DNA from: Chrysomallon squamiferum
Lineage: Eukaryota > Animalia > Mollusca
DNA: 64,000 nucleotides
Assembly: GCA_012295275.1 (NCBI GenBank)
Contig: CM022675.1
Location: 5,518,001 to 5,582,000, forward strand
Direction: 5' to 3'
Below are positions 1 through 14,945 of the stretch, piece after piece. Below the pieces are notes generated by a model. It had not been told where the DNA came from. It saw only the letters and a program-made list of their open reading frames with translations, and made no database searches. Both the position numbers and the translations under genes were made by a program. How positions within the stretch are numbered: the stretch's first letter is position 1; every line of letters starts with the position of its first letter.

Positions 1-3000
1 TAGTAAAACACTGTGAACTGTACAGTAAAACACTGACAATATTAGTAAAACACTGACAACTTAGTAAAACACTGACACTCTTAGTAAAACAGTGACACTT
101 AGTAAAACACTGACACTCTTAGTAAAACACTGGAACTTAGTAAAACACTGACTCTGAAAAGTAAAACACTGACACTCTTAGGAAATTAGTTAGTAAAACA
201 AAACTGACACTCTTAGTAAAAGACTGTCACTCTTAGTAAAAACTGACTCTTAGTAAACACTGACACTTGAAGTAAAAAACTGACACTCTCAGTAAAAAAC
301 TGACAATATTAGTAAAACACTGTTTTAGTAAAACACTGACACTGTTAGTAAAACACTCTTTTGACACTCTTAGTAAAACACTGACACTCTTAGTAAAAAC
401 ACTGTGACTGTTAGTAAAACACTGAAACTCACTGAGGAAATTAGTAAAAAACCTGACTGTCACTCTTAATAAAACACTGACTGTCTTAGTAAAACACTGA
501 CACTCTTAGTAAAACACTGACACTTTTAGTAAAACACTGTCACTATTAGTAAACAGTAAAACACTGACAGTCTTAGTAAAACACTATTATTAGTAAAACA
601 CTGACACTTTTAGTAAAACAGTGACACTTTTAGTAAAAACAGTGACACTCTTAGTAAAACACTGACATTCTTAGTAAAACACTGACACTCTTAGTAAAAA
701 CTGATTTTTTATCATTAGTAAAACACTGACACTCTTTTTAAATTAGTAAAATACTGACCTTCTTAGTAAAACACTGACACTTAATAAAAGACTGTCACTC
801 TTAATAAAACACTGACTGTCTTAGTAAAACACTGACACTCTTAGTAGTAAAAAACTGACACTGTTTAGGAAAATAACTGACACTCTAAGTAAAAACACTA
901 TTAGTAAAACAATATCAGTAAAACACTGACACTATTAGTAAAACACTGACACTCTTAGTAAAACAGTGACACTCTCAGTAAAACACTGACACTCTTAGTA
1001 AAAACACTCTTAGTAAAACTCTTAGTAAAACACTGACTCTATTAGTAAAACAGTGACACTTTTAGTAAAAACACTGAATTTAGTAAAATACTGATTTATT
1101 TCTTAGTAAAACAACAAATTATATATATTATAAAAAGACTGTCCTCTTAGTAAAACACTGACTGTCTTAATAAACACTGACACTCTTAGTAAAAAAACTG
1201 ACTGTCTTAGTAAAACACTCTTAAAACTGACCAAATTAGGAAAATAAACTCTAAGTTTTTTGACAATTAAGTAAAACACTGACAATATTAGTAAAACACT
1301 GACACTATTAGTAAAACACTGACACTCTTAGTAAAACAGTGACACTCTCAGTAAAACACTGACACTCTTAGTAAAACACTGACACTCTTAGTAAAACACT
1401 GACTCTATTAGTAAAACACTGACACTCTTAGGAAATTTTTAAAATACTGACCTTCTTAGTAAAACACTGACACAATTTTAATAAAAGACTGTCACTCTTA
1501 ATAAAACACTGACTGTCTTAGTAAAACACTTAGTAAAAACTGACACTCTTAGTAAAAAACTTGAGAAAAGTAAAACACTGTTTTATTAGTAAAACGTTGA
1601 CACAGTAAAAACACTGAACTTTTTAGTAAAACAGTGAACTCTTAGTAAAACACTGACACTTTAGTAAAATTTTTTTAGTAAAACACTTTTATTAGTAAAA
1701 CACTGACATCTAGGAAATTAGTAAAACACTGACATTCTTAGTAAAACACTGACACTCTTTTAAAACTGAAGTTGACACTCAGTAAAACACTGACACTATT
1801 AGTGAAAACACTAAAACTGAATTGAATTTATTAGTAAAACACTGATGGATTAGTAAAACACTGACACTTTTAGTAAAACAGTGAACTGCCAAAAAACACT
1901 GACACTTTTTAGAAAAAACACTGACATTTAATAACATTGTATTCTATTAGTAAAACACTGACACTCTTAAATTAGTAAAATACTGACCTTCTTAGTAAAA
2001 CACTGACACACTTAATATTACTGTCACTCTTAAAAAATGACTGACTGTCTTAGTAAACACTGACACTCTTAGTAAAACACTGACTGACACTCATTAAAAC
2101 ACTGTCATATTGTAGAACACTCTTAGTGAAAAACTAGTAAAACACTGAATCAGTAAAACAGTGACACTTTTAGTAAAACACTGACACTCTTAGTAAAACA
2201 CTGACATTCTTAGTAAAACACTGACACTCTTAGTAAAACATTGTGACTCTCTTAGTAAAACACTGACTTTCTTAGTAAAACACTGACACTCTTAGTAAAA
2301 CATTGACTCTATTAGTAAAAATGACACTCTAGGAAATTAGTAAAATACTGAAGTAAAACACTGACATTTTTTAAAAGACTGTCACTTTAATAAAAACACT
2401 GACTGTCTTAGTAAAACTGACACTCTTAGTAAAAAAATGACACTTAGAAAAATACTTGACACTCTTAGTAAAACACTGACAATAAGTAAAAACTGACACT
2501 ATTAGTAAAACACTGACACTCTTAGTAAAACACTGACACTATTAGTAAAACACTGACACTCTTAGTAAAAAACACTGTTAAAACACTTGACACTAAATTA
2601 GTAAAACAGACACTCTTAGAAATAAAAAACACCTTCTTAGACACTATTAGTAAAACACTGACAGATTAATAAAAAGACTGTCACTCTTAAAAAAAAACTG
2701 TCTTAGTAAACACTGACATTTTAGTAAAAAACACTCTTAGGAAAATACTTACACTCTAAGTAAAAAACTGACAATTTTATTAAAACACTGACACTATTAG
2801 TAAAACACTGAACTCTTAGTAAAACAGTGACACTTAGTAAAAACTGACACTCTTAGTAAAACACTGACACTCTTAGTAAAAAACTCTATTAGTAAAACAC
2901 TGACTCTTAGGAAATTAGTAAAATACTGACCTTCTTAGTAAAACACTGACACACTTAATAAAAGACTGTCACTCTTAATAAAACACTGACTGTCTTAGTA

Positions 3001-6000
3001 AACACTGACACTCTTAGTAAAAAACTGACACTCAGTAAAACACTGTCACTATTAGTAGAACGTTGACACAGTAAAACACTGATATTACTAGTAAAACACT
3101 GAACTCTTAGTAAATCACTGACACTTTTAGTAAAACAGTGACACTCTCAGTAAAACACTGACACTCTTAGTAAAACACTGACACTCTTAGTAAAACACTG
3201 ACTCTATTAGTAAAACACTGACACTCTTAGGAAATTAGTAAAATACTGACCTTCTTAGTAAAACACTGACACACTTAATAAAAGACTGTCACTCTTAATA
3301 AAACACTGACTGTCTTAGTAAACACTGACACTCTTAGTAAAAAACTGACACTCTTAGGAAAATACTTACACTCTAAGTAAAACACTGACAATATCAGTAA
3401 AACACTGACACTATTAGTAAAACACTGACACTATCAGTAAAACACTAACACTCTTAGTAAAACACTGACACTATCAGTAGAACACCTGACACTATCAGTA
3501 AAACACTGACACAATTAGTAAAACACTGACACTCTTAGTAAAACAGTGACACTCTCAGTAAAACACTGACACTCTTAGTAAAACACTGACACTCTTAGTA
3601 AAACACTGACTCTATTAGTAAAACACTGACACTCTTAGGAAATTAGTAAAATACTGACCTTCTTAGTAAAACACTGACACACTTAATAAAAGACTGTCAC
3701 TCTTAATAAAACACTGACTGTCTTAGTAAACACTGACACTCTTAGTAAAAAACTGACACTCAGTAAAACACTGTCACTATTAGTAGAACGTTGACACAGT
3801 AAAACACTGATATTACTAGTAAAACACTGAACTCTTAGTAAATCACTGACACTTTTAGTAAAACAGTGACACTTTTAGTAAAACAGTGACATTCTTAGTA
3901 ACACACTGACATTCTTAGTAAAACACTGACACTCTTAGTAAAACAGTGACTCTATTAGTAAAACACTGACACTCTTAGTAAATTAGTAAAATACTGACCT
4001 TCTTAGTAAAACACTGACACACTTAATAAAAGACTGTCACTCTTAATAAAACACTGACTGTCTTAGTAAACACTGACACTCTTAGTAAAAAACTGACACT
4101 CAGTAAAACACTGTCACTATTAGTAGAACGTTGACACAGTAAAACACTGATATTACTAGTAAAACACTGAACTCTTAGTAAATCAGTGACACTTTTAGTA
4201 AAACAGTGACACTCTTAGTAACACACTGACATTCTTAGTAAAACACTGACACTCTTAGTAAAACAGTGACTCTATTAGTAAAACACTGACACTCTTAGTA
4301 AAACACTGACACTCTTAGTAAAACACTGACTCTATTAGTAAAACACTGACACTCTTAGGAAATTAGTAAAATACTGACCTTCTTAGTAAAACACTGACAC
4401 ACTTAATAAAAGACTGTCACTCTTAATAAAACACTGACTGTCTTAGTAAACACTGACACTCTTAGTAAAAAACTGACACTCTTAGGAAAATACTTACACT
4501 CTAAGTAAAACACTGACAATATCAGTAAAACACTGACACTATTAGTAAAACACTGACACTCTTAGTAAAACAGTGACACTCTCAGTAAAACACTGACACT
4601 CTTAGTAAAACACTGACACTCTTAGTAAAACACTGACTCTATTAGTAAAACACTGACACTCTTAGGAAATTAGTAAAATACTGACCTTCTTAGTAAAATA
4701 CTGACCTTCTTAGTAAAACACTGACACACTTAATAAAAGACTGTCACTCTTAATAAAACACTGACTGTCTTAGTAAACACTGACACTCTTAGTAAAAAAC
4801 TGACACTCTTAGGAAAATACTTACACTCTAAGTAAAACACTGACAATATCAGTAAAACACTGACACTATTAGTAAAACACTGACACTCTTAGTAAAACAG
4901 TGACACTCTCAGTAAAACACTGACACTCTTAGTAAAACACTGACACTCTTAGTAAAACACTGACTCTATTAGTAAAACACTGACACTCTTAGGAAATTAG
5001 TAAAATACTGACCTTCTTAGTAAAACACTGACACACTTAATAAAAGACTGTCACTCTTAATAAAACACTGACTGTCTTAGTAAACACTGACACTCTTAGT
5101 AAAAAACTGACACTCAGTAAAACACTGTCACTATTAGTAGAACGTTGACACAGTAAAACACTGATATTACTAGTAAAACACTGAACTCTTAGTAAATCAC
5201 TGACACTTTTAGTAAAACAGTGACACTCTCAGTAAAACACTGACACTCTTAGTAAAACACTGACACTCTTAGTAAAACACTGACACTCTTAGTAAAACAC
5301 TGACTCTATTAGTAAAACACTGACACTCTTAGGAAATTAGTAAAATACTGACCTTCTTAGTAAAACACTGACACACTTAATAAAAGACTGTCACTCTTAA
5401 TAAAACACTGACTGTCTTAGTAAACACTGACACTCTTAGTAAAAAACTGACACTCTTAGGAAAATACTTACACTCTAAGTAAAACACTGACAATATCAGT
5501 AAAACACTGACACTATTAGTAAAACACTGACACTATCAGTAAAACACTAACACTCTTAGTAAAACACTGACACTATCAGTAGAACACCTGACACTATCAG
5601 TAAAACACTGACACAATTATTAAAACACTGTCATTATTAGCAGAACGTTGACACTTATTAAATGGCACTTATTAAAACACTCTCTTAGTAAAACGCTGAC
5701 ACTATTAGTAGAATATTGACACACTTAGTAAAACACTGACACACTTAGTAAACACTGACACTCTTAGTAAAACACTGACACTCTTAGTAAAACTCACACT
5801 CTTAGCAAAATACTGACTTTCTTAGTTAAACACTGATATACTTAGTAAAACACTGTCACTCTTAGTAAAACTATGACTCTCTTAGTAAACACTGACACTC
5901 TTAGTAAAACACTGACTATATTTGTAAAACGCTGACACTCTTAGCAAAACAATGTCACTATTAGTAAAATACTGACACTATTAGCAAAACACTCACTATT

Positions 6001-6860
6001 AATAGAACGCTAACTAACTTAGCAAAAAAACGCTGACATTATTAGTGAAACACTTACTCTCTCAGTAAACACTGAAACAGTAAAACACTGACTCTCTTAG
6101 TAAAACACTGACACTCTCAGTAAAACATTGACACCCTCAGTAAAACACTGACAATCTTACTAAAACACTGATACTTAGTAAAACTCTGACATTCTTAGTA
6201 AAAATCTGACGTTCTTAGTAAAACTCTGACGCTCTTAGTAAAACACTGACACTCAGTTAAACACTGATACACAGTAAAACACGGACACTCTCAGTAAAAC
6301 ACTGACACTCATAATAGAACTCTGACACTCTTATTAAAACACTGACAATGAGTAAAACACTGACACAATTAGTAAAACTGACATTATTAGAAGAGCTTTG
6401 ACCTACGTAGGAAAACACTGACATGATTAGTAAAACAGTGACACTCGTAGTAAAACAGTGACACTATTAGTATAACACTGACACTTATTAAAACACTGAC
6501 GCTATTAGTAAAACACTCACTATTAGTAGAATGTTGACACTCAATAAAACACTGACACTCTTAGTAAAACACTGACAGTCTTAGTAAAACTGTCAGTATG
6601 TGTAAAACCCCGACACCCTTAGTAAAACACAGTCACTATTAATAAAACACTGACATTCTTAGTAAAACACTGTCACTGTTCACTCTTATTTAAACACTGT
6701 TACTCTTGGTGAAAACGCTGACAATTTTGGTAAAACACTGATATGCTTAAGAAAATAATGACACTCTTAGTAAAATACTTATACTATTAGTAAAACATTG
6801 TTACTCTTAGTAAAACAATATCAATCTCTGAGTAAAACACTGTCACTACTAGTAAAACAA
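1..6860. repeat. 20-bp satellite array (consensus TTAGTAAAACACTGACACTC) with ~300-410 bp higher-order structure
   Basis: Continuous tandem monomers. The marker variant TTAGGAAATTAGTAAAATACTGACCTTC recurs at about 2910, 3230, 3640, 4360, 4665, 4990 and 5330. Monomers are more diverged after about 5600. Confidence 0.97.
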
Positions 6861-7179
6861 AGGTATGAGAGATAAAGTATGTTGTAAATTCTGCAGTGGT
6901 TCCTATCACATGACTGAAACAGATACACATTAGTCTTTTGGTTACAGATCAACTACAAAAGTAGCTTTAGACTGACCTTTAAATACAGCAATTTAGCTGA
7001 TATTTTTGTTGTTTATATCTATTTCATAATTATGTACTAACCGTTTGATTTCTGAAACACACAGACCTAGTCAGTTATTCGCTATTTACTTTGTTTAAAA
7101 TGGTCATATCACTTAAGAAAGATTATTACTATATGTATCATATACAACGTTTCTGCACAATCTATATCCATTGCTCTGA

Positions 7180-7580
7180 AGTGACAACTATGTAAAACTC
7201 ATATACATTATTACGAGAGGGCAGATAGAACTATGTAAACTCATAGACATTAGTACAGAGGACAGATACTACTATGTAAAATTCAGATGGCAGATACGGT
7301 TTGTACAACTCATAGTCATTAGTAAAGAAAAAGCAGATACTGAGAGGGCAGATATAACTACGTAGAACTGATAGACATTAATATTCAGATGGCAGATACA
7401 GCTATAAATAATTAAATATTTATCTGGATGATACAGCTATGTAAAACTCATATATATTGATACTGAGAGGGCAGATATAATTATATAAAGCTGATATACA
7501 TTAATATTCAGAGGGCAGATACAACTATGTAAAACTCAGACATAAATATTGAGAGGACAAATACAGCTATACATAATTAA
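7180..7580. repeat. ~40-bp minisatellite (GAGGGCAGATACAGCTATGTAAAACTCATAGACATTAATACT-like)
   Basis: Degenerate tandem copies. The same motif occurs at about 20240-20370 and in the 2.6-kb cassette introns (e.g. 25860-26050). Confidence 0.8.
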
Positions 7581-7871
7581 GTATTTATCTGGATGTACAC
7601 TCATGTTTTCAGTAAAATATTTTAATTATATATCGTTCAGAGCTAAAATATCAACTCAGTGTGTTTGTGATTTCAGTTTGTGATGAAAATACATGTATAT
7701 TTCTTTCTGTTTGTGTCGTTGTTTGTCTGAATAAATGTGAATATGTATTCATATTTGTGTAGATGCATAGGATTACAAGTAAGTAGTTTCTAACATCATG
7801 CCCGTCATGTGCAGACATTGTTGTTTTAGCTGTTTGTCATGTGCCTATGACTGTACATTGTGTGATTACAG

Positions 7872-7984
7872 AGCTGTATCCATATTCTGAAGCAACCAAA
7901 ATGAAGACCGGTGATGATATATCTGAGAAAATAACTCTTAATTCAGGAATACCATTTTACCAGAGGATGCAGAACAAGATTTAT
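7872..7984 (+). CDS. Exon: pre-NIDO region (ELYPYS...GDDISEKITLNSGIPFY...KIY)
   Basis: tacag acceptor and gtaagt donor, phase 1-0. Confidence 0.85.
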
Positions 7985-10900
7985 GTAAGTATATTTATTA
8001 ACGTAACTTTGGTCATACGATGATATGGTTTAAATATTTTTTGCTTATATCCAGCTTTGTTTGTTTGTTTGTTTGATTGTTTATTTAACAATACAAATAT
8101 CAGGGCGTTATCAGTTTTAGATATTCATCATGTGGTCATGTGCTGTGCTGTCCTATCATTCTGAAAATTATAGACTCTAGATGTAAACGGTAAAATGGCG
8201 GAATTCAAATATGTTTCAACAGTATAGTTTTAAAGACATACATTGATGTGAGTCATAATAACAATAATTTTATCTGACTGTCTATACTGATAGTATACGA
8301 CGTTTGTTTTCCTCAACTTTGATTGGTTGTCTGTTCACAATATTAAGCAGTGCAAAGTATCAAACACGTTTCTGATGTTCGGGCATAGAATCAAATGCCG
8401 TTAACTTATGTGCAGTCATCTTCTGTTTTCAATCGCAAGAAGAAAAAGGCACATTCTTAACAGCTCTGTGCTATATCCACAAGTCCTTTTAAGTATATTA
8501 TATGTTTAAGTTTGAAGCAGTGGTGAAAACTAAAGGTTGGCCAAAGACCCAGAGAATGAATTTGGGAAAGATGAAATCTCCGTACGTCTGTAAGAAATTG
8601 TATTGAAATTTGAAAATACATTTCATTTTTGAGTGTAGGTAACAGAAAAGAGTGTTTTATCATCAAGTATTTCAGTCTATCGTAACAAATTCTACATCAA
8701 GTAAATACCATTATGTCATTAAAGAAAGTTTGTGTTTTTGATTATTGACATATTCTAGTACGTTAATTAACCGTAATGCTAGTTTATTAACAGAATTATT
8801 TTACAACTAAATAAAGTGTACATCAAGTTACATTTTCAGAAAATGATATTTCCTTATAATTAAACAATCAATTTAAAGCAAATGTTCACAGAGGGAAATG
8901 TTAATACTGTTTAGGTAATCCTTTATGTGTGTTGTTTATGGCAGCTGAGTAAAATGTTGTAGCACAGTTATAAAAAACAAGCAAATTATTTTTGTTTATA
9001 GAAACGTAACAGAGGTTAGCTAATAAACGTCTCTCACTGTATACTAGTATAGATACTGTACAGAAATTGAAAACTAAAAAAGTAGGTCACTCCACACCAG
9101 CTATGTACTCCTACCTTTCCATCAGTGTTTGCACGTGAACTAAAAATCGTTGTGTTTTACTTTTCATCTCTCCAGATCGGCAGTAACGGTGTTGTGAGTT
9201 TTGGAAGAGAATTCAATCCTATATACATGGACTTCCCGCCTTATTCACGCAGTGTTTTGTGTCCGTACTGTGCCGACATAGACGCCTCAAGAGGTGGAGA
9301 AATAAGATATCAACTGTTTGATAAAAACAACGCAAAAGACAATGAAACACTGAATGTTTTAAATCGAGCCAATGCAGACGTCGTTAACAACACCAGCGAA
9401 TCAAAATTTGACGCGTCACAGGTTTTTGTTGTCACATGGTACAGAGTGCCCAAATATGGATCTAACAGTCCAAAAACCGAGGTAAGAAAGCTTTTGTGAG
9501 GTTTGATAACTTTTAGTAAAAATTATTTGAGGCTTTCTCGAATTTTCATTTATTTTTTTATTTTTTTTTTTATTTGTTTGGTTGTTTGTTTGTTAGTTTA
9601 AATTTATGTTTTGGGTTGGTTTTTTTTTTCATTTATGTGTGTGTCGTTGTTGTTTCTTTATTCTTTATGGATCAAACTGTTTAATGATACTTTCCTCAGC
9701 TTCGTCAGATGTGTTATCTATGATTCCATGGATACCTCTACATGGATGACATAAAAAAAAAATAATAATACATAAATTATATATATAAAGATATTAACTC
9801 ACAAATTAAAATAACTTCAGGAAGTTATGGGATATTTAATCCATTTACTTATTTACTGGTCAGATATATTTCCATAGCAATATAATCATTATTATTTATT
9901 TTCCAATGCAGTATGTCACGTTTCAAGCAGTAACAGTAACGGATGGAGAGACAACATATGCTATGTACATATACAGTGAACTGCACTGGATGCCCAGCTC
10001 AGATCCAATTATCATTGGCTATGGAGAAAACAGCAATTCCAGAACAGTTTCAGTGTCCAGTACTCGAGCTGCGTACACACGCGAAAACATTGGAGGAACA
10101 CGTGGTAAGACATCTTATATTTAGTAGACGTCATAACAACAGTGACGACACTAAGAACAATTACATGTGAACAGAACACAACAGCAACAACAGAACACAA
10201 ATAAATAAATATTTTAAAAAAAGTGAATAAGGTATTTAAAAAATAATAGGAAAGAAAATAATAATAACATTTACTATTATTATTATTATATTACAATAAA
10301 AGGAATTGTGATATACAATAATCACATTTACTCTCTTAAAAATAAATAAATAGGACCATTTACGACCATCAACTTATTTTAACTCTTTTTTATTTTAATA
10401 ATCCTTTTCCAAGAATAGAGATCTTCTGATACAGTTAAATATGTGTGATTATTTAAAACAGACATTAACGTGAAGCACTGATCATTATTTGTCATTACAT
10501 CGTCACAGGTCAGACTGGGTTTTACATATTTCGTGTCGGATATGTTCAGAGTTTTTCTCAGAAATGTTTGAACTGGTATGCATCCCAGGAACAGCATTAC
10601 AGTGATAACAGGCAGTTGTTTGATGACCTGCCTGATTGTCCATGCAGTATAAGACGGCTGTGGTTTGATCGGCGATGGAGATCAATTTGGGGTTACACCG
10701 GAGGACTTCGTTGTACGACACTTAACTACAATCTGGATTTCATTCCTATGGGGAAGGTAGGTGATGTTTGAATTTGTAACCCGAGATAAAATAGTGTCTG
10801 CGTTGTTGACACGTTTAAATGTCGTTAAATATAAATAATGTATAAGTTAAAAATACAACAAGAGATAGTGTAGTTTTTTACTAATTATAACACATATTTC

Positions 10901-11904
10901 GCAAAATTAATGTTGTTAATCTGTTTTAATGTCACTGATATGAATAATGAATAAATTCTAAAAACAAATAAGAGATTATGTAGTTTTCACTAATTATATT
11001 TTGTGTATAATTAGTATAGATAGAAGGTGTGCTAATGTCTTTATATATAAATAATATATTAGTTTAAAAACAATTAGAATATATTGTACATTTTAATAGT
11101 TATCAAATATTTTATCTGGTTATTCAACCATTACTGTAAATATCTCTGTTCTGAAACATAACTGTTTACAATACATTAAAATTCATCATTTAAAAAGGTG
11201 AGAGTGTATTAAAAAAAAAAGAAAAAAAAAAGAAGATATCTAAAATTGTTTATACATTCTATTTATTTAAATGATAAATAATAAGAAGATTCAGAGAGAT
11301 GATCGATTTTTCTTGAGTCTGATCATTTGGAACCTCTGTTAGAACAGACAAAATTAGGACCGGACAATCTAAAATTAATTTTTAATTAATACTCTGTCTA
11401 TACTGACCTATACTAACAAACACTGTGCTAAATATAGTTCATTGAATGTTTTTATTTACACATTTGAAAAAATCTTTATAATTTTGTTTTCTTTCACATC
11501 TTTTACAGAGTTGTTGTTATCAAAACGGCAGGTTTGTTTCAAGCGGTCTACAGGCTGGATACGCTTATCGCTATCACCAGTGGTTCAGCTGGATTGGTCA
11601 CATCATGTCTGATTATTTGGGTTATTATTACTGTTGTGTCAATTCCAATCTCTGTGACATGTTTTTCAGTCTACGACCAACTGGAAGTTGTTCATCTACA
11701 GCCGTCTTCCTACAAGGTTTGTCTTTTAAATACCAGTGCATTTTCAGTTCGTTTGAAAAGCTACAATGTAAAGAACATTTGTAATTTTGTTTTACTTACA
11801 CAGTGTGTAGAAATTTCAGTCCATTTAACAGTTACATTTTTATAATGATAAGGAACGTTGATAAATTTGTTTTAATTACTCATTATGTAAAAATGTATTT
11901 ATTT

Positions 11905-11936
<32 letters not shown>

Positions 11937-12200
11937 TTTTCATTATTTTCTGTACAGGAGGAGGTTTCGGAGATCCTCACATAACTACACTTGATGGAAG
12001 AACTTTCAGTTTCAACGGCCATGGAGAATATACCTTGATTTCCATAGCAGACGGCAACATGACCCTTGACGTTCAGGCAAGGACAGGTCGGTCCGAAACA
12101 GCCAATGGTACAACGAAACAGGCCACCATTTTCACTGCTTTTGCTGCCAAGGAGAAGAGCAAGTCAACGTTCCAAGTCGAGCTCTCGCCAGACAAGTCAA
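7872..12200 (+). CDS. MUC4/mucin-like protein, NIDO-AMOP-VWD segment (6 exons, partial at both ends)
   Basis: Exons 7872-7984, 9176-9481, 9912-10104, 10509-10756, 11509-11716 and 11958-12200 have AG/GT ends and consistent phases. They splice into one open frame with NIDO (IGSNGVVSF, VTW..V, TFQAV..TDG), AMOP (LPDCPCS, SCCY, YCC..S.LC) and VWD (FGDPHITTLDG) motifs. Confidence 0.92.
9176..9481 (+). CDS. Exon: NIDO domain part (IGSNGVVSFG...VVTWYRVPKYG)
   Basis: tccag acceptor and gtaaga donor, 306 nt, phase 0-0. Confidence 0.92.
9912..10104 (+). CDS. Exon: NIDO domain part (YVTFQAVTVTDGETTYAMYIY)
   Basis: tgcag acceptor and gtaaga donor, phase 0-1. Confidence 0.9.
10509..10756 (+). CDS. Exon: end of NIDO and start of AMOP (GQTGFYIFRV...KCLNWY...LPDCPCS)
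   Basis: cacag acceptor and gtaggt donor, phase 1-0. Confidence 0.9.
11509..11716 (+). CDS. Exon: AMOP domain (SCCYQNG...YYYCCVNSNLCDMFFSLRPTGSC)
   Basis: tacag acceptor and gtttgt donor, phase 0-1. This frame is not the one in the ORF track. Confidence 0.9.
11958..12200 (+). CDS. Exon: VWD domain N-terminus with GDPH motif (GGFGDPHITTLDGRTFSFNGHGEYTL)
   Basis: tacag acceptor and gtaaga donor, phase 1-1. Confidence 0.93.
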
Positions 12201-12461
12201 GTAAGATGATATTTTCTAGAACTTACGTTAATATTTCAGTTTCTACAGAGTGGAGCTGAACCCAGACTGTTTCAGTGAGAATACTGTACTCTAACAAGTG
12301 AGTTAATATGCAAAAAAAAAAACCCACAGTAATTGGCTATCAGCAGAAGCATATCTCACGTTCTTTAAACTGCTGAATTTTCAAAAGAAATTCATGTAAA
12401 TGTTTATATAATATCATTGCATCCTGAATGAGCAATACGTAACTGAACGAAGTATTACCAA

Positions 12462-12661
12462 NNNNNNNNNNNNNNNNNNNNNNNNNNNNNNNNNNNNNNN
12501 NNNNNNNNNNNNNNNNNNNNNNNNNNNNNNNNNNNNNNNNNNNNNNNNNNNNNNNNNNNNNNNNNNNNNNNNNNNNNNNNNNNNNNNNNNNNNNNNNNNN
12601 NNNNNNNNNNNNNNNNNNNNNNNNNNNNNNNNNNNNNNNNNNNNNNNNNNNNNNNNNNNNN
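12462..12661. other. Assembly gap (200 N)
   Basis: N run of fixed size. Confidence 1.
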
Positions 12662-12710
<49 letters not shown>

Positions 12711-12936
12711 ATGTCAAACCGACAGCTCTGTTTACCTTTCTAACAAGTACTATGTTGACTGATTTGTTTTTTCTTTCCCATGCACATTTTTATTATGATG
12801 GTACTTGAAAAACATAAAGATACTTGTCATCTTCTAAGATATAATTTTATTGTTTTGGGCGAGCTTCTCCACTTGTAACATAAAATTACAATACGAATTT
12901 GAAATAAAGAAGAAAAATGAGAAAGAAAGAAACAAA

Positions 12937-12974
<38 letters not shown>

Positions 12975-14862
12975 CAACAACAACAACAACAACTATCAAA
13001 CTTTAATAAATAAATAAGAAAATTACAGCTTCAAGACATTTAAACGACTCTCTTGTAATACTGACGTCATAACGTACACGATCTCCGTACACAGAAGTTA
13101 TGAAGTAATTGAAGTTATGAAGCAGCTAGACTTTATTAATACGAAACATTGTATTTTGTATAATATCTCTAATGTTAAAAACATGTTGTATCTTTAAATT
13201 TTCCTTTACTGTTCATTCGCTGCTACGGTTTTCATGCTGTTTTTAAATTTAATAAATAAGCGAGTTTTCTACTTGCTGTTGGTGTCGTTATTGTTTTTGT
13301 TGTTGTGAATTATATAAAGTTATCGTCTATAAAATATGCTAATGTGTTTTCAGTTACAATATTATCCCTTTTCTTTTCTTTCATTTTGACATTAATTTCA
13401 AAATATTAAAAGAAAATCTTTATTCAATTGCTTATTAATTTTAGCTTTAGAAATCATTAAGTATATGTTTTAAACATACGTGCACACGCTCACACACGCA
13501 TACACCTTAACACACACAAACACTAATATAAACCCTCGTCTACGAATAACCTTAATGTCACTCCTCGGCCCATCCCTTTGAATAGTGAAGATTCCAAATA
13601 CTATAGCGTCATTACTTTAATAAAAAAAAAAAAAAAAACATTTACGCATACTATATATACACACACGCAGACAGGCACACACACAATATATAAATAAACA
13701 AAATCTAAACTCTGTTAATGACTGTATTTCGAGCAGTTCACAGATAGCTGTTTCTAACTCTAGTATTACGTGAAGCGCATTTTACAATGACAATCAAATA
13801 TGCAAACTGGAACATCACGTCAGAGATTAAATTTCCAAAGCTTAACGTCACTGGACCGTGCAAAACGAAATTTTTTAACTTAGCACTGGCCTCCTCAAGC
13901 TAATACAGCGCATGCGTCGTGGAACCTGGCGCGTATGACCCAGGCGAGATACCATTTCGTTATGTCCTGTCATATTCACATGAAAAATGTCTGGTCTATG
14001 AAAAGGCAGTTAGTTGTCTGTTAAGACGCTTTGCTGCTAATTATTAGATTACGTCACAGAATAACATCAGCAAGTATCTATGCTCGGCTGATCGTCATTA
14101 GAAAAACTACAACAAACCATACTGCTATATAATAATAAGAATAATAATAATAACAATAATAATACAGAACAAACTACTTTATTTTTCTAACACTTGTTTT
14201 CTTCTCATTTTATTTGCAGTTTAAGTCAGACTAGCGAACACTGGCTGCGTCTGCTACTTCTACTACTATTACCACTATTACTATAATTACTTCGAATCCG
14301 ACTACTTCTACTACTACAACTGCTACTACAATTATTATTACTACTATAAAACAACATGTATAATACTACAGATGTATTTACTGCAATTATTAGTCCAATA
14401 TTATACAAAAACTTCTACTACTACTTCTACTACTATTACCTGTACTACTACTACTACTACAACTATTACTACTGCTTCTGTTAGTCCTAATATTATACTA
14501 CTACTTGTGTCACAATTTTATTGTGACTACTACTACAGTTACTACTAGTATTAATATTTCTGCTATTGTGCTAGTACTAGTACACGTCCTGCTACTAGTA
14601 CACTATTATATCTACTACTTCTAGTACTTATATACTACTATTATTACTACTACCACCATATCACTTCTTTTACCACTGCTATTTCTGCTACAACAACGAC
14701 AGCTACCACTACAATCATTATTTTTACTGCTGCAGCTGTTACTAATAGTTTATCACTATCTAATCTACTACTACTAGTATGAATAATAGTAATAAGATCA
14801 ACTGCTACAACAAAAATTGTAGTAGTAGTAATACTAATACTACTACTAATAATAATAATTAA

Positions 14863-14896
<34 letters not shown>

Positions 14897-14909
14897 TTAA
14901 TAATAATAA

Positions 14910-14945
<36 letters not shown>

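Noticed and set aside
1-6860. CRISPR-like or telomeric array
   Set aside because: No unique spacers and no cas genes, the context is eukaryotic, and the unit is not a TTAGG(G)-type telomere repeat.
7763-7785. Possible micro-exon ending in AA|gtaagt
   Set aside because: Candidate acceptors give either an in-frame TAG or a phase incompatible with the exon at 7872.
11534-11845. 103-aa hydrophobic ORF resembling a membrane protein
   Set aside because: Alternative frame overlapping the AMOP exon 11509-11716.
14230-14830. Thr/Ser-rich (ACT)n tract as a mucin PTS exon (also 37020-37320)
   Set aside because: Degenerate trinucleotide repeat with no long ORF in the track and no convincing splice pair; it lies upstream of the inferred promoter.
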